From Ophelia neglecta (Eukaryota), in contig OZ260667.1 of NCBI GenBank assembly GCA_965285935.1, positions 23,684,001-23,748,000 of the forward strand: a DNA stretch of 64,000 bases, given 5' to 3'. Numbering within the stretch: position 1 is the first letter of the stretch; every line of letters starts with the position of its first letter. Below, one piece after another: positions 14,162-28,699 of this stretch. A model generated the notes under the pieces. That model was not told the DNA's origin and did no database searches. It saw only the letters and a list, made by a program, of their open reading frames with translations. Position numbers and translations under genes: made by a program.

Positions 14162-14640
14162 GGCATGTTCATTCTAAATCGTGATGTTCATACTTATGGT
14201 ACTCGAGGTAGTTCAAAGTTTCGTGAGCCTAATTTAAGGTATCAGGGTGTCAGTACCTGTAATATTATTTGTGACAAAGTGACAATCGAAGTGGGTACTT
14301 TGAGTTTTAAATAGGACCTTAAAAGTACATATTATCATCAATATAACTGGTAATAGAACAGTTATTTTCTACATCTGTAGTTGGAGGTAGTAAAATAGTT
14401 ATATCGGTATGTTTTATTTTTTGGTATGTTTTTCAGTCTGGCACATGCACCTCTGTTTATGAAGTCCTTTGGCGATTCTAGTGATGGAACATGTGCCTAT
14501 TTCCCTTTGTCATTAGATAAATTTTGTATTGTATGGCTTAACACATTCAAGTGAATGTAAATGGAAAGATGTAATATACATTTCAATGTCAATAAACTGC
14601 ACAGAACGGAACTGAACTGAACTGAACTGAACTGAATTGA
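14162..14640 (+). mobile_element. Degenerate 3' remnant of an L2/Crack/Daphne-like LINE with (GAACT)n tail
   Basis: MFILNRDVHTYGTRGSSKFREP..LRYQGVSTCNII...SFK*DLK matches the HxYxTR...RYxG...WN...SFKxxLK ORF2 C-terminus. The 3' UTR has an inverted repeat GGCACATG(14440-47)/CATGTGCC(14490-97), then AATAAA and (GAACT)n. Confidence 0.7.
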
Positions 14641-14650
14641 TATATATATA

Positions 14651-14688
<38 letters not shown>
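14640..14688. repeat. (TA)n microsatellite
   Basis: Direct reading; abuts the (GAACT)n LINE tail. Confidence 0.95.
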
Positions 14689-14690
<2 letters not shown>

Positions 14691-15015
14691 TCGCATTGGT
14701 AGTTTGCTTAACTGAACATATGCCATGTATACCTAACATGTATACGGTTAAAAACAAATACTGTAGAGATTTATTATAAACCTGTCATCGTATAGTTATC
14801 TTAGGCTAGTGTATTGCCTGCACTATTTAGACACTAGAGAAAAAAACCTTATCAAATATAAATCTTAATTAGTTTTGTTTGAAGAATATCCTTTTTTAGG
14901 TTACTTTAAAACGATACTATATGAGTCCTTAACAGTTTCCGTACATTTCAGTTTTTCAGTTAGTTTTCCATGGATGTGGTTATTCAGCTAACGGGTCGGT
15001 CGACGTTGTTTTCTT

Positions 15016-15325
15016 GGAGGTCTCCTTTCCAGCACTCACCGCGGGTAATTCGAAGGTTTGACCGATCAGTTCTTCTCAGAATACGGTGGCAGGCCTCGTA
15101 CTAGTCATTTGCAAGTTGGCAAGCCCGGGAATAATAAATTCTCAAATCTCGCTGGCGGCCGATCGATTTTCTCTGAACTTTGTACCCGCCAGCTCCCAGT
15201 CTCCACTCCTATCATCCGACGTCTGTCAGTTTTGAAAATTGGCCCCAGAATATATAGCTAGGCGAATCGAACTCGCCGCATGACCAGAATTAAAGTGGGA
15301 GCTGGTGGCATCCTTTAAGAAACCC
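15016..15325 (+). other. Structured module with 13-bp helix
   Basis: CCGCCAGCTCCCA(15186-98)/TGGGAGCTGGTGG(15296-308), one G-T pair, with internal hairpins. Confidence 0.6.
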
Positions 15326-17911
15326 CATGTCTTTATCACCTCTCTCTTCTTGGACTGAAGGCCAAGCCAAGTAAGGATGAAGCAGAGAAATTTACGCCAC
15401 GGGACTTTCACCGGCTTTTCTCACTTTCAACTCCCTTCGCCGTATATCTCAGAACGTATTTTTAGTAATTGGGGAGATAAAAATTGGCGGCCGTTCAGTT
15501 TTGATTAGAGCCTTAATTTGATGGATGAGGAGACAACACGCCACCAAGAGTTACGATGTGCCGGAAACAATAGAAACTATCCCGGACGGTATATCGTTTC
15601 TGGTTTATAACATCGTTTTCCCTCTCTTTACGGTTATAACACTGAGCTAGATATTGACGGCGGTCGTAAATCTTCGCTTCGCCTTACCTTGTCGGAAAAT
15701 GAATGGCGCCCCCTATCGACAATGAATTTCGGCCCCTGTTGTCCGCGAATGGCGCCCCCATTTGATGATGACACATTATCACCTTTCTAACTAGAGCTTA
15801 AGATTATCAACAAATACAACAAATATTCTTCAAAATGTTTGCCTGAAAACATAACACCATTAACAAAAATCTATACGCCTATAGGGGTATTATGTGCCTG
15901 CAATTCCCATAGACATGTAGGCACATATAGGCTTAATAGCTTTTGGGTAAAAAATATATATATTTGGCCTAGGCTGTATGTGCGACACCATCTTTGCATG
16001 CAGTTAGACAAGTATGCCCTTGCATACACTATTTTATTGTCAGCTTGTACAGGCCTGTCCTTATTTTCCAGAAAATAGACTATATGTCTCACTGCAATGT
16101 GATAATTTGAAAATGAAAATTGATTGATACATTTTGATCTGATAACAATAGGCCTGCTTTAAATTAGATAATAACAATAGAAGTGTTACACATTTTAGGT
16201 CCATTTAAGTTATACTCGTCCCTTTGCAATATATTTTGATTTCATGCAAGATTTCCCACTATGACGTTGGCAGGGCCCGGCGGGCAGTTTTGTTCCATCG
16301 GGCAATATTGTGCCCATCGGGCTATCATCTACCCTCATATGGGCGCTAATTTAACAAATGAATGCTCGCTCACTTCCTTACTAACCCAGAACTAGGATTA
16401 AACACACACACCAGCCTCATCTTTCATCTTTTATACTCATGTCTATGGAGTCAATGTTCTTGGTGATATTTATCCTCATCCCTCGCCACCTCTATTATCT
16501 CAAGTGCCTGGGACACCGGATAAGTAATGATGGACTGCTAATGCTATTCGCCCCAGCATAGATTGATCGTAAGCGCGGAATATGAGTTTTAACACTGTTG
16601 ACGGGATTTTGATGGGCTTCCAAACTTAGTCAGTCAACAGACGTCAAACGATGGCCGATATTGATGCGCGAGCAATCCAGTTCTGGTTGCTAAGCGCCAA
16701 AAGAGCTGTTTTCTGTCCTTTGGCTCATAAAGAAGACGAAGTAGGGACCGCCGGGAAAATGTTTGAAGACCTGTGCTCTGACCTTAACCATAGTAGGTGC
16801 CTGCTCTACACGTACATGTATAAAGTTGTGGATAAGGGAGAAGAAAACTTGAGTTCAAACCTGGCCTGAAGTCAATTTTTTCGGCTACACTAATCTTATT
16901 CATCCACTTATTCAGCACTGTTGTTCCCTAAGAATAATCGGTTAATGTGCAGTTAATTTGAAAACTTCTTGATGACAGACTGAACGCGGTTTTTCATACA
17001 ATTTGATTACCTTCTTCCCGGCAAGAACATCTGAGAATTAACAGTCAGGTGTTATTTTGTAAATTTGCTTTTAGAAAATGCAATTGCTCGGCAACGTATG
17101 CAAGAACATGCCCGATTGGCAAACCCAGCTTGACAAAGTGACTGATAGATCATTTCGACAAGGGCTCTAAAGAAGGACATTTCGTGGCTAATTTCAATGG
17201 GTTGATGGTTCTCTCCTGACCGCCACCCTGCACACCCGAGACGAGGCTTTAACATGGACAAAAGACTAGACACATTCGATCGTCCACGTCTGCATGTAAA
17301 ACAAATCACCCCACTAGTCTTCCCAAAACGGAGATTCTCTCTTCATAAAGTCTCCTAAATAGCGCTATGTGATTCCTTAACTTTAATACCGTCTACAAAA
17401 TGGTATTTCATTTAAGCCCCATGTGCAAAATTAAAGGCTCTTCGGCTGGTTTACGAGTCTCATGTCACATGACTGAATTTGAATAAAACTGATATTTCCC
17501 CTTTCGTTGTTCATGGTCTGACACTTGGTAGAAGTAATTTGGCTATTAATGTTAATAGGCTCGGCAAAATGACGATGAAATGAGGAATAAAGATGTAGTA
17601 ATTATGAAAGTTTGGGGTAATAAATATATTTATGTCGGAATATTTAAGGCAGCACTGTGAACGATAAAATGATATAGACTGCGGATATTTTAATGAGTGT
17701 CGTTTGCGTGGCCTCATGGCTTCTCACTGCGGACGCCGCATAAGCAATGATCGCAGCAAGCGAAATGTCCGAACTGCAATCTAGTCCCGCACATGGTCAG
17801 CACTAAGGGAATCAAACATAACTCCGACTTGATTGACAGGACCATTGTTCTGACAAATCATCAATATCCGATTACTTAGCCGCTGTATCCGTTGTGGATT
17901 AGTCGATGATC

Positions 17912-18516
17912 CTGTGGCCGAGGGGGATTTGCAGGGTCTCTCCGCCCAGATGGCCGGTTACATCACCCTCAAGAGTGAGGAGCCTTGGGTCCCCTTCACT
18001 TCCTCGCGCCATCTGGACATCCCTTCCCGGCCTGCAGAAACACGCTGATATCAATATAAGCCTACTCTATTTGCTTGATATGTGAAATGTTATGGAATGA
18101 ACGATTAATCTTTATAGTAAACTGCAAGTAAATACTTCGGACAGCTGTACGATAAGTTTGTCGCCGAGAAACTGCCGTGAATTGGTCATACCTGCGTCCA
18201 TTTCTCCGCTGTAGAATTCCGTTATAACAATGCAATGATTCCATTGACCTAGTTAGGACCTTATTGGATCCTAACGCCCACCAGTTTATTTAATTCCAAA
18301 GCCTATTTCCCAAATCCCTGGGCGTGTGCAAACTTTTGAACCATCTGGGACTGACCTGATACAGATCTCGTCGTCACGAGAGCGGATGTGATTCCGCGAG
18401 ATTTCATCAGTCAAATCTCGGACGGGCTCGGCGAAGGCATTCCCGCGAGAGTTGGCCTGTTTAACATATGAATTGTGAAATGGGGCTCTCCGGTGACCCC
18501 TACCCCCTGCCGAGCC
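17912..18516 (+). other. Two adjacent structured modules
   Basis: CCAGATGGC/GCCATCTGG, CGAGATTT/AAATCTCG, GGCTCGGC/GCCGAGCC, TCTCGT/ACGAGA. Confidence 0.55.
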
Positions 18517-21500
18517 AGGACCGCAGGATGAATCACTTCTGATAGGCTTATAATGCGGAATTATCGTTGTTCGGGCATTGTATTATCGCTCTCGCTTTGT
18601 TTGCGTTGCCTTCTGCCGAGCACCAAACGACACTGATTTACATCCAGATAATTCGGCACAATGCTTCCATGAATGACATTACATCAGATAAAGAAGTCAA
18701 TTTCTCATTTCCAATGTTACTCTGTGGTTTTATCGCCCCCTAGCCTGATAATGATAGAGATTCGAAGTTTGGGTGCAAGAATTTCCATCTGAAATGGGCG
18801 AGGTTGCAAAGAGATCGTGAAATGTTAAATCGTTTCAGAATTGAGATAAGCCCTTGAACGTCTTTGGCTGGCAGTAAGAAAGTAGGTCATCATCGATACC
18901 AAACAGTGTCTAAGAATCGAAAATCAATATAACCGATAAACACAGTATACGAGCTAGGATAAATGATGATAAGAAAGATGACGCATCAAATGACTTCCCA
19001 GAAGAAAATATATATTGCCGGTATATATCGGAAAAAAAAACGCTGTGTATGTTCAGGCAACACATTTCGGGGTAGCATTGGACAGGGGACAAGCGGCAAC
19101 CAATACCAGGCCAGTGCTCGGGCGAAGATTTATCAGGGCTATCAAACACAATATATCACTGAACTTTAACGCATTCTTCTTGCGCACAAAAACGACCCTT
19201 CATTTCAGAAATTATAAATTTGGTGTAACATAGAATATTGCAACAAGAGAGAAAGCAGATAAATAACAACAGATGGGGAAGTTAGAGAGTACGATTTTTC
19301 ATTGTCATAACCTCGTATCCCAATGGGTGAGCATGGAATGACAGAGATTGCTCTGTCATCACTCGTCGTTTCCGGAACGTCGCCATCGCTGACGCGTTTC
19401 AGCCTTTATGCCAGCTTCCAATGTCAAAAGTCGCCTGGTAGTCGCTTCCGGCGTATCACTTCCGTGCCAATGTCAGAGAAAGTTAAAACCGACTCCTTTG
19501 ATCTGTCGCAACCGATTTTCCGATTACACCACATGGCATGCCCCGACACCCACGTGAAGCTAATCGCGTTGACTTTTCTCGCGTGGTCTTGTGAGGTGTC
19601 GTCTGCTTCAAGTGACCTTGTCAGAAGTCAAGCAATCGTTAATACATTTTTACGCGCACTGCGCTCACCGGGCCTCATCCGTCCAGGAAATGTGGTAGTT
19701 CTCGACTGAGCTGTAGGCAGATATCATTCTTAGTGAGGTAATATCTTCGATTAAATCAGCAAAATGAATCAAACGTCCATTTCGCCATATTTTACTGTGT
19801 TGCAAAACGCGCTCAACATCGTGCGCTAGTACACGATATTGGCATGATGCTCCCGTTTTATCAGCAAATACAACCCACTATCACTACCTTTAAAATACTG
19901 GCCAAGGTATGATAATTAGATTACTATCTAAATAAAAGCCAAAAAAAGAAAGGAAACTATGTCAATTTATAATGTTGCCGTTTTGGTAACCCTCAGTATA
20001 TCGAAGCAGAATAATAGGCTGATGTCTTTCTTTCACCTTGTAGATACAAACTCTATCTCCAAACTATTTGACCAATCCAGCGAGAGCACTAACACCATCA
20101 AAGCTTCCATGCTAGACAGTCATTTTCGCAACTCTAATGATTTTCTGACGCACTGTAATGAGGTCGCAAACATCGCATGATTGGAATCATTCACACTAAA
20201 CATTTTGATGGCTTTGTTGTGTGTTTGGAGCTCATCAATATTGTGCGATGATTACGCCATTTTACCAGCGAGCAGCTGGTCTCGCGATGGTCACTTGAGC
20301 AGGCGAGAGTATCGTACGGTGTCGTCCGTCGGCTTCAATTACTATCGCAAAATGATGCAAGTCATGCGTGCTAGTCGACAGAATTGCGCTGCTCGGGTGG
20401 AATTTTATCCCTTTTTTGCTTTTGTATTCAATTATATTGTAAACGCGTACCTGTTATCATTGCTTGCTGACCAAGTTCTTGTGTTGAATGAAAACAGGAC
20501 AATGGTTTCTATAATTGGTGCCAGCACTAGGTTCAGATCTATTCATACCGTAGAAAAACTTTTTGTGCACATAAATAAATATATATATATATAAATATAT
20601 ATACATGAATTGCACAATAATTAATATCATTAAAAGAAACATGACGTATTACAAACTGATTCTTGAAGATTATGTTTCAATTCAGTAATAAGTTCAATTA
20701 AAATTCAAAACTAAACTGAATAGTTTACTGATATAGGCAATGGAAATTAAGTTCGTATGAAAAAAAAAAAAATACTGAGACTATTGTAAGTGAATATTGA
20801 TCAAAATGTATCAAACTACGTTTTTTTTCGTTCTGACTTGTATGCCCGCAGCGCCACATCAAGTTACGTATGATTAGCTAGAACCTATTGATAGGCTTAT
20901 TGAAATAAAAAGTTTACATTTTCACATGTATCTCGAATGATATGATTAATAGCGAATACAAGTTTTTTCCGTTGTCTTTTCAGGCGTTTCACATATTTAC
21001 CCAATAAGGGCATGTGTTCTATTCGTATGCTAGATTGGGGATTTTTTATGATCGAAATCGCAGAAAAAAATCCCCTATTAACTGAGCTTCATTCAAGCCA
21101 TCAAAATGGCTGTCTCATTGTCTGTTCTCCATCTGGATACGTCTCTTTTTCTCTGCACGTCAATCAGTAGAAACAGCTGCTGGAACCTCAATAATTTTAA
21201 TTGTAGACGCTAAAACAAAAATATGGTTTGCTTCGACCGTTGGCCGACTGAGCGATTGTTGTATGCGATTTATGAAATACTCCGTGGCCTTTAATGACTT
21301 TAGGAGATGACAGCGTGTCAAATGTTAGCGCCATATGAAAACGACGTTTCTTGACTTGGACCATTATCAAAATATACAGCATTATGAGAGCATTACAGTC
21401 CATTATTGATGTACTATTATAAGAGATTTTATTGATTACTTGATTGACTTCAAAGCGTTGACAGGTTAACATCATTTGAGAATGTCAAGTTTGCCTTCCG

Positions 21501-22619
21501 GCCATATTTTTGTGATGGGGCTATGATCGCAAACAAGGCATTTACCTACATATTTTCCGAAAAAAGTTGTTCCCAAAAGGTGTTTTGATCAGACAATAAT
21601 TAAATCAATAGCCTAAGGGATGACCACTGCATTTATTTTCCTAAATGTTGCCTTCAAAGTCTACCTTCATATATTTAACCACAAGCCTCAAGTCCCGCAA
21701 TGCTTTTTTCAGTTGCCCAATCAGTCAAGGTAAATTTGCATAAAAAGGACGGCGTTCCACTTTTTACACTATATTCTTCAACACCTAAACAAGAATCCTC
21801 ACCGGAAGTTTGAATTATATATGAAGTCGAATGTGAACCACCAACTTAAATAAGCGAAATGTCTTGCACATTTTTTAAAACTCATGATCCCAGGATCAAA
21901 CACTTGTAGGCTGGAGGAACTTTTCAAAACATTAATGTTAATATTATTCAACACTCTATTATTTAACAGGGTTAGTATTCCTCCATCATTAATTTTCTTA
22001 TTATTTTCAGTGAAGTTCATACCTCGTTGGTATAGAATTTAAATGTATCCTTTTTGTAAATGAAAGAGGACATCATGGTACGAGGCACAATACAATTTTT
22101 ATAGAACTATTAATCATACACATAATTTTGTTAAAGACAGAATCAATGATCAATATCTCCAAACATGATTACACATCTGATAACTTCGATCTATCCTTTC
22201 AGCCTGTAATATAACTTTTGATAACTATATTTTTCCATGAGAACTATATCAGTCAATCTAACAGGTGATTCATCCATCAGATAATGTCACGAAATAATAT
22301 ACTGAAAATGAAAATTACCAAAATGTGTGTAATCAACCATGTTCATCGGCATTTATTCTTCTTTATTTCCCAAAAACGGTTGAAATTGAAGAGATAGAAC
22401 AGTTAATCAACTGACAGATCATTTAATCAATTACGGATAAAATTGAAAGGGCAAATCATTAGAAAAATAAAAAAACATTTCTCTATATTCAGTAGCAACA
22501 TCTGTATAATTATGATGGTCACCGCGTTGTCCCAATAAAAACAAATTAATTTATAAATGTTATATTATGCTATTGTGTAATGTCGATATACACCCAAAAT
22601 TCTGTTAAAGCTGGCAAAT

Positions 22620-23175
22620 AATCATAACTTCCTTCCTTTATGTTAATCTAAATAACATATTCACTCACTGTGCCAAGTTTCAATCCAATCCACCCAGTTC
22701 CCGTAAGGACTGACCGGTATAACTTGTATAAAGAAGGGCCATAATACCTGGAAACATTGTTTTAGGATAATTTCCATGCCTCATGTTCATCCATATATTA
22801 TTTCCTTTTACTTTCCAAGTTTCAATAACATCCATTAAATAGTGTAGGATCAGACGTTACAATGGTCTCGGCCATATACAGTCCAGGTTATATTTCTTTA
22901 ACCAAATTCAAAAGCGTGAACAGCTCTAAATAACTGTTAGTAAAATACGGGTATGATGGCATAACAATGATAGCTAAGATGACTTAAGCCTGTTAAAAAC
23001 TGCCTGCCTTCAGACACACCTACATAGCATGGTTATTGACCAAGCCAAATTTGAATGAAATCCATCAAACCGCGCGAGATGAGTTGTACTCACATGGCCC
23101 CCGTACAGACTGATAGATAAGAATTTCTTGAACTGATATTGGCTAAAAGCAATGATTAAAAAATGCCGAGCTCTG
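22620..23175. repeat. Degenerate repeat with recurring CCAAGTTTCAA..ATCCA units (possible Helentron/HINE-like core repeats)
   Basis: CCAAGTTTCAATCCAATCCA (22673), CCAAGTTTCAATAACATCCA (22815), CCAAATTTGAATGAAATCCA (23045). The family assignment is from recalled similarity to molluscan core-repeat elements only. Confidence 0.4.
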
Positions 23176-23750
23176 TGCAATGGCAATAGATTATCCTTTT
23201 TTCAAATTCAAAATACATTTACAAAAATGAAAATGAAATATGAGTATTGTTACAGCCCACATACTGTACAGTCCTATAATTCGAAATATAGCACATATCA
23301 CTTTACCTTAAGAACAGAAAAATGGTCCGATATAATCGTCCAAAAAGGCAAGGTCACCAAATAAGAATAAAACTGAAGTAACATTGTTTAACAAAGAGTG
23401 CGCAATAGCCGTGCAAAAACTTCTTTTCCATCGACTTGGCATGCAGAAGCTTTCATTTTCTCAACGACACTTTAGTATTCAATTGGTTTACATAACTCCG
23501 CTGTTGTGTACATTGCAGAGCCTTTAGCTTGTTTTGAATATCTGTTTTCTATTGTTGTAACCAAACGAGTTAGTAATGTCTTTTTGCTTTGGATTACCGG
23601 TAAAGTGTTGCTTTTTATCGGTACGACGTTGAAACTTCATCCATAGTTTCCCCTGGCGAAAATTCTTAAGATTACTTCCACCGCATCTCGAGCTCATTCG
23701 TGTTCCTAGTCTAGCATCAAAGATAATTTCGACACATCTGTCGCTATAAA

Positions 23751-23956
23751 ACACCCCGGGAGTGAGTTATAAACTTGGGAAGCGGATAATCCCTTCCCAA
23801 TCGGGCTCAATCCTCCCTCCATCAAGGCCTATAAAGATGGCGACAGGCCCCACGATCCTCATACCCCTCGGTGTGCGAGGAAATTACACCCAGCGTCTAA
23901 CTTCCCTTAGACGCCAGAGGAAGTGCACACTGCGCAGGTCTCACGGCCGGAGTGTC
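23751..23956 (+). other. Structured module
   Basis: TTGGGAAG-c-GGAT-a-ATCC-CTTCCCAA (23775-800); GCGTCTAA/TTAGACGC (23893-914). Confidence 0.6.
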
Positions 23957-26099
23957 AAATGATAAATCAGCCTCGCGCCGCGTGGCTTTGGCGTTTTCGA
24001 ACACAGATAATGTTCTCCAAATTAATGCCACTTTTATCGTAACCTTGTTTCTTCAGCACCCATTTTAGCTGCCAAATCAGGCGATCGCAGGACTCGTGTC
24101 CAGAATTGTGTTATCTTTAAAACTGTGCCACGATTCTAAACGCCCGGGAGCTGCCAATAAACCTGGCCAAGCCATGATTAGGAAGTACTGCTGGGAGCCC
24201 AGTTAACACTATAATTAGGGGAATCAGGCTCTTATAAGTGTCAAATTTGTTAAATGATTACAAGATTCCGAAAACTTAAAATAAATGAGTATTTTATAAA
24301 CATTTCACAACAACACCACTCGCCCCACCCCATCCCACCCCGGCTCCCCGTTTCCCAACCAAGACTACGAAAAACATACATGTGTAACTTCATATTGTGA
24401 CATTTGTAATAGGAAAACCAGTATACATTAATAAATACAAATTTTGAGCAAATTAGACAGTAGACATAAGCCTACGAGGAATTATAATGATTTCAAAAGC
24501 ATTATCAAATATATGCCATATGTCATAGGTTTACAAATACTAATATGGATTTGTATCACTCGCTTTGCGGCAAATTAGGTTGTTTGAAATGAGAGCAAAT
24601 TTAAGCCTACGCCCATATCGAGTTCATAGTCCCCAGTCCGATAATTATGTAATAATTCCTATATTTTCCAAATGTAGATGATTAATGCGACTAATATTCT
24701 TCATAGTTAATTAATAAATCCATGTGCGTTTGGCAGTGCTACAGTCATTGATTTAACTGATGTTAAGAATGTCAAAACCAGTCTGTAAAAACTAAACATT
24801 AAGCAAGATAAAATGCCTAGACAGCTGTAATGGACATGATTTGTCCTAATAATCTAGGCGATTCGGATATGGTGAACGATTGATTATTTTCAGAAATGAT
24901 AATTTATTGCTGAGGTAACTTTTTCCTCAGTTGATTTTCAATTAGAATAGATTTCAAATAATTTTCGAAGTAATGACTGAGTGGTTGTAATCAGACCTGG
25001 AGCACATGGAACTCACAACCTGGTGGGTTTTACTTCGATATTTTATATTGGTTCTCAGCACTGGAATATATTATGTAGATGGCCATATTTTCTTTTGCAT
25101 TTTATTGTTGAAGCTAAGCGAAGGAAAACACTGGGAACATAATGGATGACCTCAAAACTAAACTTGGACCCGCATGTAGCTATCTCAACAGTGAACAACG
25201 CCTTCGTATTAATTCAAAACCGTTTCACTGGAGTTAAGGTGTATTTCATGGTTATAATACATTTACATATTTTTGCAGTTTGATGAGGTGGTCTAAATAC
25301 GAAGTGAAAATATTTTCCAAACCACAAATCAATATAGTTGAGTTCTTAGTTGGGTATATCGACGAATATTTTAAAGACAGTACGGTTTATGGCCACCCCA
25401 AAACTGAAATTACTTGCGAACTAATTGAATTACAAAAAATGGAGATGATCAACAAGCAGAAGCAGATGTTATATTATGGTCACAAAACTGTCATAGATTC
25501 ATCTGCCTATTCCTTAAGATCTGGTAATAACAAAATAAACTGTATCTGAACAATCTCCAATGATCTTCAGACGTCCATCAAACACTATGACTGCAGTTGT
25601 GATGGCGGCCCTTCGCAAGGACGAATATCGGCAGAAAGGGCACTCCATAATTAGCATTACGTAACGCGTACGATATTAACTGCCAACTTTGAGAAGAGTT
25701 CTGGAGAGATGAGGATGAAGATGGCAAGTTAACATCGCTCGATTTTAAGAACCAGGCACTAGTGTCGGTGTAATAGAGATTCGTGATCACTTAAAGTTCC
25801 CCTTTAAGTTTGTCAGTTGAATAGTGTTGTAATCATCTAAACTAGGGCTGAACCGGAAGCCCAAGGGCGCAATAAAACCATCACTCTTTCAGTAATCAAT
25901 AATTGGTTAAATTCCTTGCCTCCTGCTTCGGCTTGGAAAAACCAAGGTCACCAGTCGATCGTGAGAAAAGAAGGCAATAACTACTAAGAAAAATAGACAA
26001 CCAACCGATTTGAGCCAAGTTGATGAGTTCAGTCGTGCGACTAACCATGTCACCGGCAGATCCTCCGAGGAACAAAAGGCCCTCCCAAATTACATAATG

Positions 26100-26113
26100 T
26101 CGCCATCTACAGG
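26100..26113 (-). promoter_or_regulatory. CTCF-like motif
   Basis: Minus strand CCTGTAGATGGCGA; motif match only. Confidence 0.3.
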
Positions 26114-28699
26114 GCGGATCGGGGATTGGACCGGGATAGATTTGACAGAACTTAATAAGACCGGTGTAATCTGGGAAGAGAGAATCGCGATCTCATTGAT
26201 TGGGTTTGAAATCTGATCATCTCACTTCAACTCTTGTCTGCACAACAGAGAACAACCATTATTGTGGTTCATGTTTTGTTAGCAGGCCGACTGGAGGACA
26301 CTAACATGCGAGAGAAATAAACAGGGAAAAGAACCACAGCGAGCCATATGCCAATATCGAGTTATATACAATTTCATGTAGTTATCGGGGTGAGATGATA
26401 TCAACCATATTGTCAGGGCCAGTAGCCTCTTATGAAAGGCTATATGGCAGGGGGCTTCAGGTACACTAACCGACACAAATTTCAACATATTTAATTTGAC
26501 CTTTTATTATACTATTCTTAATTCGCTCGAGCTTTCTACCAGTTATTTACTAAAATAACAATTGTGAGTGAGCGAGCCCTTTGACTTGTTTAAGACCAAG
26601 ATCAGCCTATATCTGCTCGTATACTATATTTCATCACCCCCTTAGAAGCCGGGTGTACTTTCTTCAAACCGGAAGTGGAATAAATGTGCCTAAATGCACC
26701 ATGCATTCATTCTTGCGCATGGCTCTTTTTAGTCTTGAAGCATGCACACGAGAGTCTCTGTCTTAACCCATCCCGTCTGTATAGAGTGCTTGACTTTGGA
26801 TATTCAGCCTTGCAACCCTGTAACAAACCATGACGAAAAATAAAGAAGAAAAAGTCAGACAATTATATCCTGTTAATATAGCACCGTCATTACGTAACGC
26901 GCTTGATTCGTTCTAAATTAGAATTCCGTTGGCGAAACTGAGAGGGCCTGACGCGGCATTGGATAATAGTGTTTTTGATTATCAGCTGACACCGCGCTGA
27001 TCCTGACCAACAATGGATGCAGTGAACCTGCCATTATGAATCTGTACACGAGCAACTCGCCTAACTCGTATTAAACCTAGAAAAGTATGTACTATCCCCA
27101 TAGTTTCCAGTCTATAATTACTGTGTTGATGAAGATGGCATAGTGTTCTAATATGATTTTAGAAGTGGGATTATTCCGCTCAGGAAATAGGCTTATTCCA
27201 CGCACAATGTTAATGTTAGCACTTTTTAGCATCGTTTTATCAACGTATGCGGAATGAGGCTGATGGCGAACTCAAAGACAAACCATGCGCTCCTACACTT
27301 GTTTTCCAAAGCTACAATGACATAATCTTTGTAACAGTTCTAAATATCGCTAACACAATCATAACTGAATATCAACATGCTGAGTACCTATTTTGCGAGT
27401 CATCTCTACAGGATTGCTACACATCTCTGGAAACGTCCAGTCGTAATCCTTTAGAAGGTTATTGTGTTATTAAATAGTTGTCCCTAAAACCCCTGTTAAT
27501 GAATCTTAACGTTTTAAAGTTAACTCGTCTACCATGTAAGCCCATCTGTCATGTTGGAACCCGATTTACATTATATTACACATATTTGAAACTTAAACAT
27601 TTGGGAGATAGTTGAGGAGAAATTTGAGAACATTTATAAACTTTTTCTTTAATTGCAATCGCTATTTTTTCTAACCAATGTTTTAGGCGTCCACCGGCGT
27701 CCAAAACCATACACAAATTGGATATAAATGGCGCCCCACCGGATAGGTTGAAAATACCCGGCATTTAATAACCCCACCAAAATTGATTCACCTGCTTAGC
27801 TTGACCTATATGGAAGGTTATTATTCGACCATATTATTCCAAAACCATTGTAATAGCTTTTGTGAAATTAGAGCCATTATTGACATATTTATAAATGTTA
27901 AAAGGTCATTTCTTGGGCATTTCAAAGTAAATTCCCTTAACACGATGAGTCCGAATCAGGTATCTAAACCCATTAAAATAATATGATAAAGAGATGAAGT
28001 TTTGTGCATAAAAAAGGTAAGGTGAGTGATAAATAAGTATATAGGAATATTTTTGTCATATCTAATTTTAATTCAATCGATATTCCATTAATTTCGCCCT
28101 ATTTTAATTAATCTGCGCATCTGCCATCATTGATATGTAATTGGATATCAATTTCGCCCAGCGAGTTAGATTTAATACAACCAGTTATTAATGGTTGCTG
28201 GCATATATATATATGCCACCAACCATTTTAACCGCCCGAGAATTAACCTTATGGTGACAATTTGAGCCTTTTGGGCCTCCCCGCCAAAGTATTGGATACC
28301 TTTGTATCCACCCGAATAGCTAACGAGGATGTTAGTATAATATCACTAACAAAATGGAAACTGCTCCTAAACCGGGGAAACGAACTTAAAAAAAAATGGT
28401 GCGAGCTGCTTGTCTCAATACGGAATGAAATACTTCGGCTGCAGCTGGAAGCTCACGTCTGTGTTACCATCAAATAAAAAGAGAAAATGATCGAATATTC
28501 TTTCAATGAGCTCAGCTTTTTGAAATTGGGAAAGTAGTATCGTGATGCTGGGCGACATGAGTCAGTGGTGGAAATATGTCCCTCTGACTAGATCATGATT
28601 ATTTAAAATAAACTGCATGGCTACTTTTGTTTTTGTACTTTACATTGGATTGAAAGAGGACGATATTAATCTTTAGTTTAGGAATGAAGAAATGATGCG

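Noticed and set aside
24900-25810. Possible TTAA-flanked DNA transposon remnant ending in GTTCCCTTTAA
   Set aside because: No matching left terminal repeat or transposase sequence could be identified.
28556-28605. TGACTAGATC resembling the miR-279 family 5' end
   Set aside because: The match stops after 10 nt and the surrounding hairpin is too weak for a pre-miRNA.
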